Shown here one piece after another: positions 26,127-32,000 of a DNA stretch of 32,000 nucleotides. Source of the DNA: Salmonella phage vB-SalM-SJ2; sequence record KJ174317.1. The stretch is one strand, 5' to 3'. Both the position numbers and the translations under genes were made by a program. The notes under the pieces are model-generated. The model was not told where the DNA came from. It saw nothing but the letters and a program-made list of their open reading frames with translations, and did no database searches. The first letter of the stretch is position 1; every line of letters starts with the position of its first letter.

Positions 26127-26591
26127 ATGGCGCGTAATACGCTGGACATCTTGAAACTTTCAGCTGTTAACGATGAGGCCAGCATCGTTGATTGTATGGT
26201 TGAAGTTCAATTGAACCAAGATAAACCAGGAATTTTTCTGGGTATCAAGGAAACGCTGAGCCGCATCGGGGTGAACACTCGTCAAGAGCCGAATACCCTG
26301 TACCAAACATGTCATATTCTGCATAAATTTGGCAGATATCACATCGTGCACTTCAAGCATCTTTTCATGCTGGATGGGCATTACAACGGCTTTACGCGTG
26401 AAGATGTCCTGCGTATGAATCGGATTATTCGGCTTTTGGAGCAGTGGAATATGGTTAAAATACTGCATCCGGAACAGATTACCGAAGTTGCTGATATGTC
26501 TCGAATCAAAGTTGTAAAACATGACCAAGTTTCTGATTGGAAACTGGTTCCAAAATATACCATCCGCCCGACTCGGGCGAAAAGCGAATAA
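26127..26591 (+). CDS. regA: RegA-like translational repressor
   Basis: IKETLSRIGV...LYQTCHILHKFGRYHIVHFKHLFMLDG...WKLVPKYTI aligns with T4 RegA as recalled. Confidence 0.92.
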   Translation: MARNTLDILKLSAVNDEASIVDCMVEVQLNQDKPGIFLGIKETLSRIGVNTRQEPNTLYQTCHILHKFGRYHIVHFKHLFMLDGHYNGFTREDVLRMNRIIRLLEQWNMVKILHPEQITEVADMSRIKVVKHDQVSDWKLVPKYTIRPTRAKSE

Positions 26592-26607
26592 CTGGAGTCG
26601 CTATATT

Positions 26608-27471
26608 ATGACAACTACATTTAATAAAAACGTGAGACTGAATCTGGCTTTTGGTAATGCTGCAGGGGACGTGACCGACCCCGACTTTAGCAAAATTCGC
26701 AATCAGGCAAAACTCGTGCTGGAAGAGACCCGCGAACTTCTGGAAGCGGCTTATTACGATCATCAAGTGGTTCTAACATTAGAATTGAATCCTCGAGAAA
26801 GCGAGACGCCGACCACTACCGAAGATCTGATGAAAGCCATCATGGACGCGCAGGGTGATATCACTACTGTTAACGACGGTGTGGCCCATATCGCGGGTTT
26901 CAATGGTGATGAGTGTTTACAGCGCGTGTTTGCTTCCAACATGAGCAAGTTTATCCGCTCTGAAGATGAAGTCGGTCCGGCTCTGGACTATTACTATTCT
27001 CGCGGTTTCCCTGATGGGCAATTGCGTGTGGAAGGCGAATTCCCTCAGGCATGTATTAAAGTTAATGAAACTGTCGTTTGGAATGGTAAAGAATATCCTA
27101 AAGGGAAATTCCTTAAAAACATGGCCGTTTTCCAAGAGCCTGATTTTTCTGACATGCTGACCAAAACTCCTTCCCGCCAGATCAACGATATCGTTGCCAG
27201 CATGGCGATTGAAGAAGGTCAGGTGTTTATCGATGATCTCAATGGCGTGGCGTTGGTATCCCCGAACACATTGGGTGTAATCCTTTCCATGGCTGTTGAA
27301 AAAACTTCTCAACCTGTAGAGATCGACGGGCAAATCGAAAGTTATGTGCCAGCGTTCATCGTGGATGACACCAATATGCCTAAGCTGTGTGGGGTGTGGG
27401 GTTCTAATGTTCGTGTTTATGCGAGCACTCCAGTGCAGAACACGGTAACACACCTCTCCCGTATCGATTAA
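26608..27471 (+). CDS. MazG-like nucleotide pyrophosphohydrolase domain protein with C-terminal extension
   Basis: NLAFGN...KIRNQAKLVLEETRELLEAAYY...EDLMKAIMDAQGDITTVNDGVAHIAGF resembles all-alpha NTP-PPase motifs; ATG 26608 rather than the track start. Confidence 0.7.
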   Translation: MTTTFNKNVRLNLAFGNAAGDVTDPDFSKIRNQAKLVLEETRELLEAAYYDHQVVLTLELNPRESETPTTTEDLMKAIMDAQGDITTVNDGVAHIAGFNGDECLQRVFASNMSKFIRSEDEVGPALDYYYSRGFPDGQLRVEGEFPQACIKVNETVVWNGKEYPKGKFLKNMAVFQEPDFSDMLTKTPSRQINDIVASMAIEEGQVFIDDLNGVALVSPNTLGVILSMAVEKTSQPVEIDGQIESYVPAFIVDDTNMPKLCGVWGSNVRVYASTPVQNTVTHLSRID

Positions 27472-27493
27472 TATAAACCGTTATTCATTAAAC

Positions 27494-27521
27494 AACAGAG
27501 GCTATAATGGCCTCTGTTTTT
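27494..27521 (+). terminator. Rho-independent terminator
   Basis: aacagaggc-tataatg-gcctctgtt followed by ttt. Confidence 0.85.
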
Positions 27522-27540
27522 GTATTCTAGAGAGGATACC

Positions 27541-28764
27541 ATGAAAGATAAACCGTGTGACATTCCTTATTGCGGTGTTCGGGAAACCAAAATTAAATCT
27601 GCACACCCCACGTTAAGTCCATTCCATAAACAACTCGCATACGAATGGATGAGTGAGCGCTATAAGATCCACGTGAGAAAGGACGTCCAACGTCTTCCTG
27701 CTCCTTGGACGGATAATCCCATACTACGGCAGGTCAAGTTCTGTAACGTCCGGAGAGAGCACGACAGGCAGTCTCTTAACCTGATCAACAATATCGTCAA
27801 GAACGACGCTCTGGGCATTGCCGACAAGATGTTCAACTGTGTTCTGTTCCGCATGTTCAACCTCTGGGACCCGATCAAGGCTATCGGTGACGCTCGTACT
27901 ATCAAAGAGTTCGCAAACATCGATCTTGATGCAACCCGCAAAAGTCTTCAGGAATTTGAGGCCAACGGTGGTAAGATCTTCACCAATGCCTTCAACACAG
28001 GCGGTCTAAAGCAATGTCTGGCGTTCCCTGAACTTGTTGTCAACCACAAGGAGCAGCGCTTTGGTGGTATGATGGTTAAGGTACACCGTGTTGGCCAGGG
28101 TATCGTTGATGAATTGGATTACAAGGTCGCCAAGAAGCTGGTTGAAGAAAATCCTGGGGAGTACACGATCGAGGGCTGGGAGCCGTACATGCCGATGCGT
28201 GTTATCCGTTCCCTGAAGGCATTTGTCAACAAGTATCCTGATTATTTCAATGATCTTTTACGTCTTGACTCTCCGCTGAAAGTTTACCAGCGCATGTATG
28301 ACGACATTGAAGGGCTTGGGCCATTCCTGGCATATCAGATATGGGTGGACTTCACATACATCCCTGAGTATCCATTCAGTGAGAATCACTTCACCATCGC
28401 TGGCCCAGGTTGCCGTGCGGGTATTGACCTGATGTTCCTGGATAAGGACGGTATGACTCATGAAGAGTGCATCTTCTGGGTTCGAGATCACCAGTATCAA
28501 TTGTTTGCCCAGTATGGTTATGTCCAAGAGCAGTTCTGGTCAGCCGAAGCACCGGAAGATCAGTGCATGAATGTCATGCAGCTGGAGAACATGTTCTGTG
28601 AATTGAGCAAGTACACCCGCTGTGTTGAGGCTATTGAGAGAGGGGAAAAGCCACGCGGCAAGGTAGGTTACGATGGAGGCGGAGAATACAAAAAGCGGTG
28701 CGATGAAGTTGTCCTCAAACGCGGTTCCGTCAATTTGTTAGATCGTTTGAAGAAACCTGAATAA
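27541..28764 (+). CDS. Alpha-glutamyl/putrescinyl thymine pyrophosphorylase-like protein (5-hmdU DNA modification family)
   Basis: FCNVRREHDRQSLNLINNIVKN..., FNCVLFRMFNLWDP, DIEGLGPFLAYQIWVDFTYIPEYPFSENHFTIAGPGCRAGIDLMF; start ATG 27541 with gagagg upstream. Confidence 0.75.
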   Translation: MKDKPCDIPYCGVRETKIKSAHPTLSPFHKQLAYEWMSERYKIHVRKDVQRLPAPWTDNPILRQVKFCNVRREHDRQSLNLINNIVKNDALGIADKMFNCVLFRMFNLWDPIKAIGDARTIKEFANIDLDATRKSLQEFEANGGKIFTNAFNTGGLKQCLAFPELVVNHKEQRFGGMMVKVHRVGQGIVDELDYKVAKKLVEENPGEYTIEGWEPYMPMRVIRSLKAFVNKYPDYFNDLLRLDSPLKVYQRMYDDIEGLGPFLAYQIWVDFTYIPEYPFSENHFTIAGPGCRAGIDLMFLDKDGMTHEECIFWVRDHQYQLFAQYGYVQEQFWSAEAPEDQCMNVMQLENMFCELSKYTRCVEAIERGEKPRGKVGYDGGGEYKKRCDEVVLKRGSVNLLDRLKKPE

Positions 28765-28828
28765 AGAATCGCTTTACTTCATTCTTCAATAACCCCCTTT
28801 CAACGTATATTGACCTCACTTTAACGAC

Positions 28829-28845
28829 GCGCCCATTTAGGGCGC
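28829..28845 (+). repeat. Intergenic inverted repeat in the leader of the 673-aa gene
   Basis: gcgccc-attta-gggcgc. Confidence 0.45.
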
Positions 28846-28876
28846 TCAATTTGAACTGAAACAGGAAGACTATACC

Positions 28877-30898
28877 ATGGCAGAATTCAAACCTTTCGCA
28901 ACGGCTGTTAATGATAACGTGCTGGCGATGTCCGCAACTGGTCTGTTTATGACCAACGTTGATAAAGATGCTCTGTGGGATTTGTATTTGGCATCCTTCC
29001 CAGCTGGTACCAACCCGATGTACCGCGAACGCACTGAACACGACTGCACCTGCTGTAAACAATTCATCCGTAATATCGGCGGCGTTGTGACTATCGATGC
29101 TGACCTGAACGTTATCTCGATTTGGGATAACATTGAGCTGGGTAACGAATACGACGTGGTCGCTGCGGCGCTGTCGACCTTCGTTAAACAACACGCAATC
29201 GTCGACGTGTATTTCAACGATTCTGCTAAAGTCGGCCTGTCTCATAACCACGAATCTGGTGAAGACGGCAAAATCCGCACGTATAACCATTTCCACACCG
29301 AACTGCTCGGTAGCTATGTCCTGCGTTCTGATGCGATAGCATCTAAAAAAGGTGAAATCCGACAGGCTATCGAATTATTTGAACGCGGTCTGCGTGAAAT
29401 TACTCTGGAATCAGCAGAAATCGTTCTGGAATTGATTGATCAGAATTCTTTGTATCGCGGTGCTGAACATAAAGCTGCGGTGATGGGCTTCGTAGTAGCC
29501 AAGACGGCATATGAAGAAATCCCAGAATCTAACCGTTCTCTGTGGGCATGGCGCACTGGTTATCGTTCAAACAATCATGTTCCACATGGCATTCGCAACA
29601 CCGTTATCGGTACTCTGTTGACTGATATCAGTGAAGGCGTGGAACTGGAAAAGGCCGTTAAGTCGTTTGAAACCAAAGTTGCCCCAGCGAACTACAAACG
29701 CCCGACGGCTCTGGTCTCCAAGTCCATGATCGAAAACGCTCAGAAAGAAGTGATTGCTCTCGGTCTGGAAGATTCGCTGGCGCGTCGTTATGCAGTTTAT
29801 GACGACCTGACGATCAATAACGTTCTGTTTGCAGACCTGGCTGCTCAAAAAGCGATGGATCCATTCGCTCAACTGGCCGCCGAAGTGAAAACGCCGACCA
29901 AGTCGCTGGATAAAGTTGAAGAGATCGGCATTGACGACTTCCTGAGCAATATCCTGCCGAAAGCGCATTCAATGGAAGTGCTGGTTGAAAACTCGCATAC
30001 TGGCAACCTTATGTCTCTGGTCGCTCCGGCTATTGCAGGTGCTCCTAACCTTTTCAAATGGGGCAACGGTTTCTCATGGTCATACAACGGCGAAGTGGCC
30101 GACTCCATCAAAGAGCGTGTGAAAGCGGCTGGCGGTAAAGTCGACGGGTTCCTCCGTGTATCCCTGGCCTGGCATAACAACGATGACCTCGATCTGCATA
30201 TGTTCTTTAACAATATGGAACATGTGTACTTCCGCGATCGTCGTTCAATGACTGGTGCACATCTCGATATCGACATGAACGGTATGGACGGCATCGACCC
30301 GAACCGCTCTCCGGTAGAAAACATCATCTTCACTGATGAAAGAAAGTTGCGTGACGGTGAATATCGTTTTGAGATTCACAACTACAACCAACGTGAAAAG
30401 ATCGACGAAGGGTTTGAAATTGAAGTTGAATACAAAGGCGCTACGCAACGTTTTAGCCACAATGGGTTAAAAGACCAGGGGCGCATCACTGCCGTCGTTC
30501 TGACTGTTAAAGACAAACAAGTCGTTAGCATCAAGTCTGAGCTGGCGAATGTTGATAAATCCAAAGAAATTTGGGGCATTAAGACAGCGACCTTCCAGAA
30601 GGTACAGCTGGTCCTGAACTCACCAAACCATTGGGATGGTGAACAAACTGGCAACAAGCACGTCTTCTTCATCTTGGAAGGTTGTGCGAATCCTGAAGGT
30701 ACTCGTGGTTTCTACAATGAATATCTGAAGCCGGAACTGGATAAACATCGTAAGGTTTTTGAAATGTTGGGTAGTAAAATGAAAGTACAGCCCAACGAAA
30801 ACCAACTGTCTGGTCTGGGGTTCTCGACAACGCAACGCAACCATGTGTTCGTCAAAGTGTCCGGCGCGTTTAACCGTACTGTAAAAGTCATTTTCTAA
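28877..30898 (+). CDS. Large phage protein of unknown function with C-terminal YfaP/DUF2135-like domain
   Basis: Single 673-aa ORF with aggaag RBS; LRVSLAWHNNDDLDLHMFF...GAHLDIDMNGMDGIDPNRSPVENIIFTD...LRDGEYRFEIHNYNQR; N-terminal DCTCCKQFIRNIGG. Confidence 0.85.
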   Translation: MAEFKPFATAVNDNVLAMSATGLFMTNVDKDALWDLYLASFPAGTNPMYRERTEHDCTCCKQFIRNIGGVVTIDADLNVISIWDNIELGNEYDVVAAALSTFVKQHAIVDVYFNDSAKVGLSHNHESGEDGKIRTYNHFHTELLGSYVLRSDAIASKKGEIRQAIELFERGLREITLESAEIVLELIDQNSLYRGAEHKAAVMGFVVAKTAYEEIPESNRSLWAWRTGYRSNNHVPHGIRNTVIGTLLTDISEGVELEKAVKSFETKVAPANYKRPTALVSKSMIENAQKEVIALGLEDSLARRYAVYDDLTINNVLFADLAAQKAMDPFAQLAAEVKTPTKSLDKVEEIGIDDFLSNILPKAHSMEVLVENSHTGNLMSLVAPAIAGAPNLFKWGNGFSWSYNGEVADSIKERVKAAGGKVDGFLRVSLAWHNNDDLDLHMFFNNMEHVYFRDRRSMTGAHLDIDMNGMDGIDPNRSPVENIIFTDERKLRDGEYRFEIHNYNQREKIDEGFEIEVEYKGATQRFSHNGLKDQGRITAVVLTVKDKQVVSIKSELANVDKSKEIWGIKTATFQKVQLVLNSPNHWDGEQTGNKHVFFILEGCANPEGTRGFYNEYLKPELDKHRKVFEMLGSKMKVQPNENQLSGLGFSTTQRNHVFVKVSGAFNRTVKVIF

Positions 30899-30935
30899 TT
30901 GATTTGACCACAACTTCGTAATAAGGAACAAAGAA

Positions 30936-31307
30936 ATGTTTGATCAAGCAACCCGTTTAAAACTGCGTTTTAACTCTAACAAAGGTCTGCTGTCTGTTGA
31001 GCAGGTTTGGGATCTGAATCTGAACGCACTGAACGAGCTGGCGAAAGATCTGAGCCGTCAGGTGAAAGAAGCAGCCAGCGATGAAGAAGACTTCATCGGT
31101 GTGAAAAGCGCGGTCGATTCTCAGTTACAACTGCGGTTCGATATCGTGAAAGCGATCATCGGTGTTAAACTGAAAGAACGCGATGAAAGCGCGACCGCAG
31201 CAGAGCGTAAAGCGAACAACCAGGCGATCATGGAACTGATCCAGCGTAAGAAACAACAGGAACTGGAAGGTCTGTCTGTTGAAGAACTGGAAAAACTCCT
31301 GAAATAA
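30936..31307 (+). CDS. Hypothetical phage protein, 123 aa
   Basis: aaggaac RBS then MFDQATRLKLRFNSNKGLLSVEQVWDLNLNALNELAKDLSRQVKEAASDEEDF. Confidence 0.8.
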   Translation: MFDQATRLKLRFNSNKGLLSVEQVWDLNLNALNELAKDLSRQVKEAASDEEDFIGVKSAVDSQLQLRFDIVKAIIGVKLKERDESATAAERKANNQAIMELIQRKKQQELEGLSVEELEKLLK

Positions 31308-31326
31308 TCTGACGGCTCCGGCCTGA

Positions 31327-31354
31327 GAAACCCCGCCGTGTGCGGGGTTTCTTT
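31327..31354 (+). terminator. Rho-independent terminator
   Basis: gaaaccccgc-cgtgt-gcggggtttc followed by tttt. Confidence 0.9.
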
Positions 31355-31366
31355 TGGACAAAAATC

Positions 31367-31777
31367 ATGAAATCTATTACGTGTGATTACTGCGGTCAAC
31401 CTGCCCAATACGTCGGGTGTGATGTTGTATACCCCCACCGCCCCGACCTCCGCAATCTGAAGTTCTGGGTATGCTCGCCATGCGACGCTCGTGTGGGTTG
31501 CCATACCCATGGGGATGGTAGACAACCTCTGGGAAGGATGGCGAATGCCGCTCTCCGTGCTGCTAAGCAGGAAGCTCATAGATCGTTTGACCCTATCTGG
31601 AAAGGTGGGCAGAGGAGCAGGAGTGATGCTTACAGCTGGCTGGCTCATAATCTGGGGATCAAGAAGCGCGATTGCCATATCGGCTTGTTCGATATCGATA
31701 TGTGCCGTAAAGTAGTCGCTGTGTGTAATCAACTAAAGGCACAAGATAATGTCAAAGGAAATACAAGAAGCATTTGA
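31367..31777 (+). CDS. DUF3268-like zinc-finger protein
   Basis: CDYCGQPAQYVGCDVVYPHRPDLRNLKFWVCSPCDARVGCHTHGDGRQPLGRMANAALRAAKQEAHRSFDPIW. Confidence 0.8.
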   Translation: MKSITCDYCGQPAQYVGCDVVYPHRPDLRNLKFWVCSPCDARVGCHTHGDGRQPLGRMANAALRAAKQEAHRSFDPIWKGGQRSRSDAYSWLAHNLGIKKRDCHIGLFDIDMCRKVVAVCNQLKAQDNVKGNTRSI

Positions 31778-32000
31778 AAAATTATCTCAGGTAATGACCG
31801 ACTGCAACCGCCGGAATTATTGTGATGAAGCGTATACCAAATTGAAAACTGCTGTTGAAACCGAGCTGGCAGGTCTTTCCGTTTTCAAAGATATTCAGAC
31901 CGAAGTGCTATATCTGTCGGATGAAGATTTAAGGCGTTGCCCCCGCAAGATTTACCAATTACTGGATCGTTTGGTGAAAGTGGGGGTGAATAATGGGTAA
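31749..32000 (+). CDS. Hypothetical protein, 83 aa
   Basis: MSKEIQEAFEKLSQVMTDCNRRNYCDEAYTKLKTAVETEL...; overlaps the upstream ORF end. Confidence 0.65.
   Translation: MSKEIQEAFEKLSQVMTDCNRRNYCDEAYTKLKTAVETELAGLSVFKDIQTEVLYLSDEDLRRCPRKIYQLLDRLVKVGVNNG

Overview
The window is a contiguous, almost fully coding stretch of a large tailed phage (T4-superfamily myovirus). Gene content and order look most like Ackermannviridae/ViI-type phages; this is an inference from content, and no database search was possible. From left to right it carries: neck and terminase genes (gp13, gp14, gp15, gp16 and a gp17 interrupted by a 159-aa mini-intein); tail sheath gp18; a divergent pair of GIY-YIG endonuclease genes; tail tube gp19; portal gp20; two small prohead core genes; protease gp21; scaffold gp22; and major capsid gp23. 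A third GIY-YIG/NUMOD3-type endonuclease and a block of small unknown genes follow, including a SLOG/DUF2493-like protein. Next come a structural-like gene, a minus-strand lipoprotein, uvsY, a PD-(D/E)XK nuclease, uvsW, the sliding clamp, the clamp loader pair, RegA, a MazG-like protein, an alpha-glutamyl/putrescinyl-thymine pyrophosphorylase-like protein (linked to DNA hypermodification), a 673-aa protein with a YfaP/DUF2135-like domain, and a DUF3268-like zinc-finger protein. Main points of interest: the mini-intein splitting the TerL Walker A motif; a late-promoter-like CTAAATA motif upstream of several genes; a hairpin at 18537-18562 that overlaps a late-promoter-like motif and the Shine-Dalgarno sequence; the minus-strand lipoprotein; and the 673-aa DUF2135-like protein. 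No clear multi-gene novel defence or anti-defence system was recognised. All family calls come from recalled motifs and synteny and need HMM confirmation.
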